From: an uncultured delta proteobacterium
GTDB lineage: Bacteria > Desulfobacterota > Desulfobacteria > Desulfobacterales > QNYZ01
Length of the DNA stretch: 64,000 bases
Reading direction: 5' to 3'
Assembly: GCA_963845145.1 (NCBI GenBank)
Contig: CAWJQU010000005.1
Coordinates: forward strand, 394,256 to 458,255
A model generated the notes under the pieces. The model made no database searches and had not been told where the DNA came from. It worked only from the letters and a program-made list of their open reading frames with translations. A program made the position numbers and the translations under genes. The first letter of the stretch is position 1. Every line of letters starts with the position of its first letter. This document shows positions 37,684 to 46,274 of the stretch, in pieces.

Positions 37684-38010
37684 TTACTTCTTCATTGATT
37701 TCTTGAACACAGCTTCAGCCTGTTTTGCTTTTTCCTCCGCGATTCGCTCCTTTTCAGCGGCAATTTTCTCTCTTTCTTCCGCCCTTTTTTCAGCGGCCTC
37801 AGCGCGAACCGTCGCGTCATTTGCTTTCATCAAGGCTTCATCGGCTGCGGCCTTGGCAGCCTGGGCATCCATAGCTGCCTGATCCGCTTTGGCGCTGATT
37901 GCCTTTTCACGGGCCTGCATCTGTTCAAGATCGCCTTTAGTTGCACAACCCCCAAGGGCAAAAGCGAGAGCAAGCATCACTGTGATCATCAAAAGACTTT
38001 TTTTCATCAT
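37684..38010 (-). CDS. Small Ala/Glu/Lys-rich coiled-coil lipoprotein ending in Lys-Lys (Braun Lpp-like)
   Basis: MMKKSLLMITVMLALAFALGGC lipobox. Mature part is heptad-like (AKADQAAMDAQAAKAAADEALMKAN...). C-terminus ...FKKSMKK. Start taken at the internal Met (38010) rather than 38046. Confidence 0.65.
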   Translation of the reverse strand: MMKKSLLMITVMLALAFALGGCATKGDLEQMQAREKAISAKADQAAMDAQAAKAAADEALMKANDATVRAEAAEKRAEEREKIAAEKERIAEEKAKQAEAVFKKSMKK

Positions 38011-38113
38011 GTAAACAACTCCTTTCTCTTCGGTTTGTATTACCATAACAACGGCTTAAGAAGCGCCGCGTTACATCATAAGAAATAACCCCGTTGGCAA
38101 ACTGTTGGCCGGG

Positions 38114-39508
38114 CTATTTCTTCTCTACAGGTTCGACCAATATTCCGTCTATTTCCAAGTCTATTTTGAGGCGTTTCACTGCGTCTTCGGCCTCGCTTAT
38201 ATTATTGAAAGGGCCGGCGAGAACGCGGTGTTTGCCGATAGCCGACAACACCCTCGCGGGGATTTGTGGGCCCTGATGGTTAATCATTGCGGTTAGTCTT
38301 TGAGCCTCAACCTTGTCTGGAATAACAGCGGCCATAACATACCACGCATCTGTTTTGAGCTCCGGTACTTCCGGTTTGCCGTACAGCTTGTCCGGGTGCC
38401 TTAGTCTTATAGGCTCCGCAACACCCGTTGCACCTCCATGGCGGATCTCTGATAGAGGAACCGGGATGCCGCGAACTTCGGACACGATTTTCTTGACCTT
38501 ATTCCAGTCAAACGTGCTTCCCAACCTCTTTTCGATCTTTTTCAATTTCGCATAGGCCTTCTTCAACTCAGCGTTGCCTGATGCTGCAGGGGGCGTATGC
38601 GCTTCCATGTAAACCACCCCATCCCGTTGACCTATGAGATATGGCTGGTTGACAATTCTCACAGGTGTTTTTACCGGGGTGCTTTCGAAAAGCCGCTTAA
38701 TGTCTTCCGGATAGAGTCTTATGCAGCCGTTGGTTGACCTGAGGCCGACGCTGGCCGGTTTATTTGTACCATGGACCAAATAACTTGGCTTGCTTAAATA
38801 GAGAGCGTGTTCTCCCAATGGGTTCAGAGGTCCCGGCAGAATTTTGTCCGGCAGGGGATCTCCCTTTTTCCGGTGATCTTTAGCGATCGAGGCAGGCACA
38901 TACCAGGTCGGCCGGAACTTCTTGCGCCGTATAGCCATTCGACCCATGGGGGTGGGCCGCTCCGGGGTACCGACACCGATCGGGTAGGTCGATACGGCCA
39001 ACTGGTTGCTATCTCTTTTAAAAAAGAAGATCCTCATAGCAGCCAAGTTAATCACGATACCTTTTCTGCGGGTGTCCGGCAAAATAAAGCTCAGAGGCAA
39101 AAGGACACGTTCTCCGGCTTTGGGCACCCATACATCAACCCCCGGATTGGCTGAACTGACTGTATTGACTCCCAAGCTGTAGTGTCTCGCAATATCCGGC
39201 AGCGTATCCCCCTTTTTGAGCCTGACGACCGCCAGCCGGCCAATGACGTCCTCCCCTTTTTCAACAATAAAATCATTTCGTTCGATCTCATTCTCCAGAT
39301 GGCGTGAGACCCGCAGGTCCACCAGTCCTTCCCTCATAACCGCACAACCAGGGAGAAATAAGATACACATCAATAAAATTGCAGGATGAAGCCTGTTTAA
39401 TATGGGCGACAACCTAATAATTCGGCGCAGGGTCATGTAAACTATCTCGTTTAATGAAGAAAATTTAAAAACCATCTTACGGCAAAACCGGATTGTATTG
39501 ACGCGCAA
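38114..39508 (-). CDS. L,D-transpeptidase with LysM and C-terminal SPOR domains
   Basis: LysM: LKKGDTLPDIARHYSLGVNTVSSANPG. YkuD: YLVHGTNKPASVGLRSTNGCIRLYPEDI. SPOR-like: WYVMAAVIPDKVEAQRL...VLAGPFNNISEAEDAVKRL. The true start may be the Met at 39436. Confidence 0.8.
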   Translation of the reverse strand: MRVNTIRFCRKMVFKFSSLNEIVYMTLRRIIRLSPILNRLHPAILLMCILFLPGCAVMREGLVDLRVSRHLENEIERNDFIVEKGEDVIGRLAVVRLKKGDTLPDIARHYSLGVNTVSSANPGVDVWVPKAGERVLLPLSFILPDTRRKGIVINLAAMRIFFFKRDSNQLAVSTYPIGVGTPERPTPMGRMAIRRKKFRPTWYVPASIAKDHRKKGDPLPDKILPGPLNPLGEHALYLSKPSYLVHGTNKPASVGLRSTNGCIRLYPEDIKRLFESTPVKTPVRIVNQPYLIGQRDGVVYMEAHTPPAASGNAELKKAYAKLKKIEKRLGSTFDWNKVKKIVSEVRGIPVPLSEIRHGGATGVAEPIRLRHPDKLYGKPEVPELKTDAWYVMAAVIPDKVEAQRLTAMINHQGPQIPARVLSAIGKHRVLAGPFNNISEAEDAVKRLKIDLEIDGILVEPVEKK

Positions 39509-39727
39509 GGATCAATTCCAACGCAAGAACAGTATTACATATCAAGATTCGCCGATATATTCAAAATTAAGCTTTTATAAAGAAAAATAGAGATCACTGT
39601 CAATCCGCTTTATATCAAATGATGGGATACCAATGTTGAAAATAACATTGTATGTCCAGAGGAAAGCATAAATCCTAACGTCACATAAATGCTTGGACGC
39701 CCCAATTTTTTCTCAATTTTTTCCAAC

Positions 39728-40114
39728 TTATTTGTAGGCCTGTTCGATCGCTTTTTGCGCCGCATTCATGATTACGACACTGCTGTTCGTCGCACCGGAC
39801 ACTACGTCCACCCGAGTTGACTGTTGCGCCTTGATTCTTTGAGGGATGACGGTGTTGGCCCTGGCACCTTTCCAGGACGAAAAATGCCTGACCAGTTCCA
39901 CATTTTCGATACGACTTTCGACAATGGTGACTTTTACCACAGCGCTGTTGGGCCCATTGCGGTAATGGCCTTTATAAACACCATCTTTTAATGGATGTCC
40001 TTCAAAATCGGCGCCAATCATCAACGCTGTCTGGCAGCCGGCCAGCAGCAGAACAATGGCAAGCAAACTAAATCGGATGTATTGCATATTTCTACCTTGA
40101 TTGGGTTTTGGCAT
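39728..40114 (-). CDS. FMN-binding-domain lipoprotein
   Basis: LLLAGCQ lipobox. VDVVSGATNSS (FMN_bind SGAT motif). Confidence 0.7.
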   Translation of the reverse strand: MPKPNQGRNMQYIRFSLLAIVLLLAGCQTALMIGADFEGHPLKDGVYKGHYRNGPNSAVVKVTIVESRIENVELVRHFSSWKGARANTVIPQRIKAQQSTRVDVVSGATNSSVVIMNAAQKAIEQAYK

Positions 40115-40165
40115 ATGGTGTCTGTTTATAACCTTTTGAATTTTCTGAATAGTGCTGATCTGAGA

Positions 40166-40363
40166 TTAGTCGTGAATATTTTTGACTCTCCCCACGAGCC
40201 CGTTTTCCAAGCGAACCTTGATCCCGTGTGGATGGGTGGCAGACTTTGTCAGGAGGTCCCGGACAATGCCTTCGGTGAGCTTTCCGGTTCTCTGATCTTT
40301 TTTTAACACAATGGAAACTTTCAGGCCGGCAACAATATCGACTCTTTTGGTTCCGTCAGTCAT
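40166..40363 (-). CDS. ywbE: YwbE-family small protein (DUF2196)
   Basis: MTDGTKRVDIVAGLKVSIVLKKDQRTGKLTEGIVRDLLT.S..HPHGIKVRL.NG.VGRV is the conserved YwbE sequence. The listed N-terminal extension to 40429 runs into a repeat element and is rejected. Confidence 0.75.
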   Translation of the reverse strand: MTDGTKRVDIVAGLKVSIVLKKDQRTGKLTEGIVRDLLTKSATHPHGIKVRLENGLVGRVKNIHD

Positions 40364-40388
40364 ATGGCAATTCCTTTTTTTAAACCCT

Positions 40389-40542
40389 GATGGCTTCGTA
40401 AAAAGCCCAATTACTGCGTTGCGCTTCATCCCGTCGTGATTGCGGCGTACGAAAAGTACGCCTCATCACACGGGATTCGCGACGCCTTGAACTTGGCCTT
40501 TTTTCTTTGCCATCCCTTTTGATGACTTTTTACGTTTTCATC
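40389..40542. mobile_element. MITE-like 154-bp element: imperfect 17-bp terminal inverted repeats, long central hairpin, flanked by a 6-bp direct repeat
   Basis: Ends are gatggcttcgtaaaaag (40389..40405) and ctttttacgttttcatc (40526..40542). AACCCT is present at 40383..40388 and 40543..40548. Central hairpin 40428..40476 has the inner stem ggcgtac-gaaaa-gtacgcc. Confidence 0.6.
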
Positions 40543-40567
40543 AACCCTAGCGATGCGCATTATTTTG

Positions 40568-40777
40568 TTAATAGTGGGGTGGCTTTTCATTAGTCGGCGC
40601 ATTGATTTCCGGAATAAATTTCGAGAGCTCTCTCACGCGTTTTACCAAAGCATCACAGGTGGCACCCAGCTTTTGTATCTCCTGCACCTGTTCATACAAA
40701 ACATCATTAAGGTCCCTGACGGTCTTTTCCTGAAAAGCGATTTTGGTCTCAATTTCCACCAGACGTTTTTCACTCAT
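40568..40777 (-). CDS. slyX: SlyX-family coiled-coil protein
   Basis: 69 aa. RLVEIETKIAFQEKTVRDLNDVLYEQ is the SlyX signature. Confidence 0.75.
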   Translation of the reverse strand: MSEKRLVEIETKIAFQEKTVRDLNDVLYEQVQEIQKLGATCDALVKRVRELSKFIPEINAPTNEKPPHY

Positions 40778-40831
40778 TTTATTGTCTATCCTCCAGAGCC
40801 ATGTATCGAGATTAAATAAAGTATATGGCGG

Positions 40832-41506
40832 TCAAGGTCTTTCCGCAAGCCAGATAATCCGCTTGCCGCCTTTTCCGGATTTGCGCGCACGAACAGTCAC
40901 GCTTTCCGTCTGGAATCCGCACTGTACAAGGCGACGCGTAAAGGCCTCATCGGCCTCGGATGACCAGACAGCTAAAATCCCTCCGGGGCAAAGGGCGGAA
41001 AAGGATGTTCTCAAACCGGATCTGGTGTAGAGGCGGTCGTTATCTTTCCGAGTAAGCCCTTCAGGACCGTTGTCGACATCAAGGAGTATCGCATCCCATA
41101 TGGATTTGCTTTTCCTGATGGTTTGGCCCACATCTTCTACTATAACAGATACCCGATTGTCATTTAGTGGTTCTCCTGCGAGGTGCCCTAAATGTTCCCG
41201 GTTCCATCTAACGACTGCCGGTATCAGCTCGGATACGGTGATGCGTGTATCCGACGCAGAATATTCAAGCGCCGCCGCCAGGGTATAGCCCATGCCAAGC
41301 CCGCCTATGAGAATACGACAGCCGGTTTTTCGTTTAATACGATTGCATGTGAGCTCCGCCAGTGCACCTTCGGATCCTTTAAGACCGCTGTTCATCAACT
41401 CAACCCCCGAGGTTCGGATCGAAAACGCCTTACCTCGCCTCAGCAGTGTGATTTCTCCTTTCTGGCCGGGTATTTTAGACCGATCTAGTTTTTCCCAGGG
41501 GATCAC
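40832..41506 (-). CDS. Spermidine-synthase-like class I methyltransferase-fold protein
   Basis: ILIGGLGMGYTLAAAL (SAM/dcSAM glycine loop), WDAILLDVDNGP block. Confidence 0.6.
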   Translation of the reverse strand: MIPWEKLDRSKIPGQKGEITLLRRGKAFSIRTSGVELMNSGLKGSEGALAELTCNRIKRKTGCRILIGGLGMGYTLAAALEYSASDTRITVSELIPAVVRWNREHLGHLAGEPLNDNRVSVIVEDVGQTIRKSKSIWDAILLDVDNGPEGLTRKDNDRLYTRSGLRTSFSALCPGGILAVWSSEADEAFTRRLVQCGFQTESVTVRARKSGKGGKRIIWLAERP

Positions 41507-41562
41507 CTTCTTCTCCTCACCTGATATTCAAACAACATATTCTGCATTTTCCCTTTTCATCT

Positions 41563-42219
41563 TTAATGTATCTTCTGGAGCAATATGACATCATTTGAAA
41601 TTAAGTATAGCTTAGCATTATACCGCTGGGCGATGTATTCAAACGTGGCCCGACGATAAAAGCACACATGGGTCATATCCCGAATATAATGCCATCGACT
41701 GAAAGCGTTTAGGTCAATCACCCGCTTAGTCATAATACCCAGCCAACCGCCCGGTTTTAACATTTTAAATAAGTCTGTGAAATCTTTATAGGGAGTGTGC
41801 AAATGCTCTACGACTTCAGTGGCACAGATGAAATCATATTTTTTAAAAAACACAGACGGGTGATCGAAGTAAAAGGGGTCGTAGAGATCCACCTGGTGAC
41901 CTTGTTTTTCTAATATAATCGAGATGGTTGGGCCTGGGCCGCAACCAAAATCCAACCCCTTTTGTTTTGGCGCCAGCTTATCCAAAAGGGGGTTACTTAA
42001 TCGAGACAGAAAATGACGATAGCCTTCATCCTCGGGATTATTTCTATGTAAATCATACGTTGCCTTTTCATCCTCGGCACTTAGCCGGAATTGCGTGGGG
42101 ACAAAGATCAGCATGCAATGAAAACAACGTAAGTAATTCCTTCTTTCATCCATAAAAAATAAACCTACGTCTTCACTTCTACACAAAGGACAATAGGACT
42201 TATCGCGTTTGATTTTCAC
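41563..42219 (-). CDS. Class I SAM-dependent methyltransferase with an N-terminal Cys4 ribbon
   Basis: CPLC...CFHC, then GLDFGCGPGP (motif I) and the GGWLGI post-motif. Confidence 0.7.
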   Translation of the reverse strand: MKIKRDKSYCPLCRSEDVGLFFMDERRNYLRCFHCMLIFVPTQFRLSAEDEKATYDLHRNNPEDEGYRHFLSRLSNPLLDKLAPKQKGLDFGCGPGPTISIILEKQGHQVDLYDPFYFDHPSVFFKKYDFICATEVVEHLHTPYKDFTDLFKMLKPGGWLGIMTKRVIDLNAFSRWHYIRDMTHVCFYRRATFEYIAQRYNAKLYLISNDVILLQKIH

Positions 42220-42466
42220 TGATCTTGGGTAATTAATTTTGGTATAGAGGTTATTGTGTTTCCAAATATATGCAGAGATGGTGGAAACCCAGATATTGCC
42301 AGCCTTGATATGAGCTTCCGGGATTTTGTGGACCGACTAAGAAATGCGCAAACAGCCATCATGCCTGAGTTTAAGGAAGATAGGGTCTCTAAACAGCATG
42401 CCGCGGATATTCTTGTTTTTTTACAAACCCTTAAATAAAAAAGATTTAAAGGCCATCATGTTTGAT

Positions 42467-43735
42467 TCAGGGCGCTGAAGCCGAACGTCCAAACGCTTTT
42501 TTCGCCAGTGTCCGGTTTCGGGGCCGGAAGGTATCGTCCGCCATCTCTTTTCGAATCACCTGTTGAAACAACTTGAACATTTTTACTTCCTGGGATTCAT
42601 CGGTATAGAAAGTATCCCAGGCGTATTGGAGCAATTCTTGTAATTTTTCCGGCGTCATCTGTTTGGGTTGGTAAACGACCTTGTCGGCGGAGTAGTCGTT
42701 CCAATCAAAGGAGAAAATCCGATTCGCCTTTTTATAGTCTTCGTATACCCGTGTGTGTGGAAAAGGTGTCAGGACAGTGAACTCGGCCAGATCCAGGTCG
42801 ATTTCCAATAAAAAATCAATCAAACGACGAATGTCGTCCTCGGTGTGCTCATCCAGGCCCAATAAAATTGTGCCCTCCACGGCGATACCGTGGTCATGGT
42901 AACGCTTGATTCGCTCCCGAATATAGTCCGAGGTGTCAAAGACGGCCTGATAAACATACCAGGCCCCTGCCTGGGCCGCCAGATCAAGCACTTCGGGATC
43001 ATCTTCAATGGGGTGGCTGCACCATTTCTTTTTAAGGGGAATCATCTCCCGAAACAGATCCTTTTCCCATTGGGTATCCTGGGCCAGGGAGTTGTCGACA
43101 ACAAAGAGACGATTGTTGTCGATGCCGGCCATTTCTGCGACGGCTTTGTCGATGGGGCGCGGTCGAAATTGGCGACCACCCAGATAGGAAACAGCGCACG
43201 GGTAACAATTGTACCGGCAGCCCCGGGAGGCGTGAACCAAGTCCACCATCTGGACGCCTCGATAATTGTACAGATCGCGATTGAGAATCTCCCGGCGGGC
43301 CGCTCCCACGGTTTCAATGGGAGGGCGGTCTTCCATATAATCGTAAACTTTTTTGAGTTCCCCATTAGCAAAATCGGCCAATATACGACCCATACGCCCT
43401 TCGGCCTCTCCCAGAAAAACCGCATCCGCATGGGTCGCCGTCTCTTCGGCATGCAACATGGTGGCAATGCCGCCGAAAATAACCTGGACGCCCTTTTTGC
43501 GGTATTTATCGGCAATCTCCCAGCCCCGTTTCACCTGCACGGTCAGCATCATGGAAATCCCAACCAAATCCACGGGATCATCAAAATCGATGGATTCCAC
43601 GTTTTCATCGATGAAAGTCACCGCCACCTCATCAGGAAGGGCTGCAGCGAATACCACGGGGCCGTGGGGCGGTAAATGAAACTCGGTCTGACGGTCGAGT
43701 TTGGGCCATTTGGGATATATAAGTTTAAATTTCAT
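42467..43735 (-). CDS. B12-binding-domain radical SAM enzyme no. 2
   Basis: N-terminal B12-binding-like module (VTFIDENV...DLVGISMM), ASRGCRYNCYPCA (CX3CX2C). Confidence 0.85.
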   Translation of the reverse strand: MKFKLIYPKWPKLDRQTEFHLPPHGPVVFAAALPDEVAVTFIDENVESIDFDDPVDLVGISMMLTVQVKRGWEIADKYRKKGVQVIFGGIATMLHAEETATHADAVFLGEAEGRMGRILADFANGELKKVYDYMEDRPPIETVGAARREILNRDLYNYRGVQMVDLVHASRGCRYNCYPCAVSYLGGRQFRPRPIDKAVAEMAGIDNNRLFVVDNSLAQDTQWEKDLFREMIPLKKKWCSHPIEDDPEVLDLAAQAGAWYVYQAVFDTSDYIRERIKRYHDHGIAVEGTILLGLDEHTEDDIRRLIDFLLEIDLDLAEFTVLTPFPHTRVYEDYKKANRIFSFDWNDYSADKVVYQPKQMTPEKLQELLQYAWDTFYTDESQEVKMFKLFQQVIRKEMADDTFRPRNRTLAKKAFGRSASAP

Positions 43736-44036
43736 TGTAAATCAGTCGCCTCGTTGTGAAAGATTTAACCGCGAAAATCGAGCGGTTGGCGGGTTTGCCT
43801 TGGCTCATTAATACGAATGATAGCCGGCCGGGTCAAGCCATTTAGTCGGTTTACCCGTTGGCCTGAGTCACACCCCGCTTGGCGCGGCAGGAACCGGCAA
43901 ACCGGCTATCCGGCCAACCAGACCAATCTCAAGCATTGATTTTTTCCAAGAATTCTGATCTATATACTCACTTTTCATTTCGTTGGTACGATACAAAACG
44001 CATGCGAAAACTCAAATTAAACGCATCGAAAACATC

Positions 44037-44960
44037 ATGAAAAATATTCTGGTCATTTACTATTCACAATCGGGCCAGCTAAAAGAGATTCTGGACTCGC
44101 TTTTGGCCCCGATCATAAAAAATGACGGAATTGAAATCACTTTTGAAGAGATTTTACCCGACCCGCCCTACCCGTTTCCGTGGACCTCCCGAACTTTTTG
44201 TGACGCATTTCCGGAATCTTTTCAGGAAATCCCATGTGATATTAAGCCCTTGAAAGCGGATCCGGATAAACCGTACGACCTGGTGATCTTGGCCTACACG
44301 GTCTGGTATCTGGCACCGGCCATACCGATCAGCGCTTTTTTGCAATCAGATGATGCCCGCCACCTGATTAAGGATCGACCCGTCGTGACGGTGATTGGAT
44401 GCCGCAATATGTGGCTTTTGACTCAGGAAAAAATAAAAAAACGGATATTCACCTTGGGCGGGCGATTGGCGGGAAATATCGTTTTTACCGATCGCACCCC
44501 CAACCTGATCGGGGTCGCTACCATCGCACACTGGATGTTCAGCGGTCGCAAGGACCGGTTATGGAAAATCATGCCCAAGCCCGGCGTCTCAACCAAAGAT
44601 ATTCGCAATGCCGGCCGGTTCGGCCTGTTTCTTAAAGAGGCGATCGCCAACGTGCCCTTTCAATTGGATCAAACACAGTTGAATCAACTGGGTGCCACGC
44701 GCGTCGTCCCTGCTTATATTCTTTTTGAACAACGCATTCAGAAAATTTTTAGCATCTGGTCTAAATTTATTCGTCAGAAAGGTGGCCCCGGCAGCCCGTT
44801 GCGGAAAAAACGGGTTCGGGCATTTTACTACTATCTTTGGGTCGCGATATTTGTTCTGGCCCCGCTGGCCACGGTGCTGTCATTTGCCGTTCGGCTGCTA
44901 AAAAAAGATAAAATCCAAAGCGCTGTCGATTATTATTCACAAAATAAGCTCAAAGCCTGA
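44037..44960 (+). CDS. Flavodoxin-fold protein with a C-terminal TM helix; candidate DarA-like (dialkylresorcinol pathway) protein
   Basis: MKNILVIYYSQSGQLKEIL flavodoxin-like start, C-terminal helix YYYLWVAIFVLAPLATVLSFAV. Sits immediately upstream of a FabH-type KS, as in darAB pairs. The DarA assignment is from memory of the family. Confidence 0.5.
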   Translation: MKNILVIYYSQSGQLKEILDSLLAPIIKNDGIEITFEEILPDPPYPFPWTSRTFCDAFPESFQEIPCDIKPLKADPDKPYDLVILAYTVWYLAPAIPISAFLQSDDARHLIKDRPVVTVIGCRNMWLLTQEKIKKRIFTLGGRLAGNIVFTDRTPNLIGVATIAHWMFSGRKDRLWKIMPKPGVSTKDIRNAGRFGLFLKEAIANVPFQLDQTQLNQLGATRVVPAYILFEQRIQKIFSIWSKFIRQKGGPGSPLRKKRVRAFYYYLWVAIFVLAPLATVLSFAVRLLKKDKIQSAVDYYSQNKLKA

Positions 44961-45053
44961 CCCATGGTGCAAAGGCCCCGGGAAAGAACCAGGAAAAAAC
45001 CATATAATTCAACTTATTAATCCACTTTTAAACCGCAATGGACAAAATAAATA

Positions 45054-46217
45054 ATGAGTAAAAGCGTTTACATCAACGATTTAGCGGCCTTCCTGCCCAA
45101 CGCGCCGGTCACCAATGAGACCATTGAAGAGGTGCTGGGAAAGGCCAACGATCTCCCTTCGCGAACCAAAAGGGTCATGCTTCGCAACAATAAAATCAAA
45201 ACCCGCCACTATGCCATTGACCTGGATACCGGCCGATTAACACACACCAATGCCCAGATGAGCGCCGAGGCCATCCGGGGCCTTTCACCTTACGAATCAT
45301 TTAAGCTCAATGATATCCAGTGCTTAAGTTGTGGCACCACCACACCGGACCTGTTGATGCCCGGACATGCCCTGATGGTATTGGGTGAGCTGGGCATCCC
45401 CGAATGCGAAGCCGTGACGACCTCCGGGATCTGTATATCGGGAATGACGGCCTTTAAATTTGCCTATTTAAATATTGCGGCCGGGTGCTCTCAAAACGCC
45501 GTTGCCTGCGGATCGGATTCGGCTTCATCCTATTTACGCGCACGTTTTTTTTCATCAGCACAAACCAAGAGTATCGGTAAGGATATCGATTTGGAAAAAA
45601 AACCGATCCGTGCCTTTGATGCCGAATTTTTAAGATGGATGCTATCAGACGGCGCCGGGGCCGCTTTTCTCTCCAGCCAAAAAAACAAAAAAGGCCCATC
45701 CCTTCGTATCGACTGGGTCGAGAACACTTCTTATGCCGGACAATTTGAGACCTGCATGTATGCCGGTGGCTTTAAACAACCGGACGGCCGCATGGTGGGA
45801 TGGCGGGAAGTGGAAGATTACGACCCGGCCAAAGAAGCGTCCAGGTTTCTAATTCGGCAGGATACCAAACTGCTGGAAAAAGAGATTGTTCGCACGGCCA
45901 TCGATTTCGCCCTGGCTTCGGCCATCAAAAAACATGGACTAACGCCAGATGATTTCGACTGGTATTTACCACATTACTCTTCCAACTTTTTCCGCGATAA
46001 ATTCTACCAGGCCATGAAGCGAATCGGGTTTGAAATTCCCTATGACAAATGGTTTACCAACTTGCCCGAAAAAGGCAATACCGGAAGCGCCTCCATCTAC
46101 ATTATCATGGAACAATTGTTCAAGTCCGGAGAATTGAAAACAGGCCAAAAGCTTCTCTGCTTTATTCCCGAAAGCGGCCGGTTTTCCCATGTGTTCATGC
46201 AGCTGACCGTGGTATAG
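45054..46217 (+). CDS. FabH-type (KAS III, Cys-His-Asn) ketosynthase; DarB-like
   Basis: TSGICISGMTAF (Cys), LPHYSSNFF (His), GNTGSASIYI (Asn). N-terminus VYINDLAAFLPNAPVTNE..., as in DarB-type enzymes. Confidence 0.75.
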   Translation: MSKSVYINDLAAFLPNAPVTNETIEEVLGKANDLPSRTKRVMLRNNKIKTRHYAIDLDTGRLTHTNAQMSAEAIRGLSPYESFKLNDIQCLSCGTTTPDLLMPGHALMVLGELGIPECEAVTTSGICISGMTAFKFAYLNIAAGCSQNAVACGSDSASSYLRARFFSSAQTKSIGKDIDLEKKPIRAFDAEFLRWMLSDGAGAAFLSSQKNKKGPSLRIDWVENTSYAGQFETCMYAGGFKQPDGRMVGWREVEDYDPAKEASRFLIRQDTKLLEKEIVRTAIDFALASAIKKHGLTPDDFDWYLPHYSSNFFRDKFYQAMKRIGFEIPYDKWFTNLPEKGNTGSASIYIIMEQLFKSGELKTGQKLLCFIPESGRFSHVFMQLTVV

Positions 46218-46274
46218 CCCGACTGAAGTAAGGCTGGCTATGGTCCAGTGATGCGTATCGCCGGCCCGAAGGAA

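Noticed and set aside
42256-42438. ORF 42256..42438 as a cytochrome c fragment
   Set aside because: The C-terminal ...MPEF....HAADILVFLQTLK faintly resembles the end of class I cytochromes c. However, there is no CxxCH motif, no signal peptide, and the start is non-ATG. It is left unannotated.
43736-44036. Possible cobalamin riboswitch in the GC-rich 300-bp spacer between the divergent B12-binding radical SAM gene and the DarA-like gene
   Set aside because: Read on both strands, I found only short hairpins (for example aaccgc-gaaaatcga-gcggtt). There is no recognisable B12-box or the conserved GGGAA/GCCACTG-type core. It needs an Rfam/Infernal scan (RF00174) to exclude properly.
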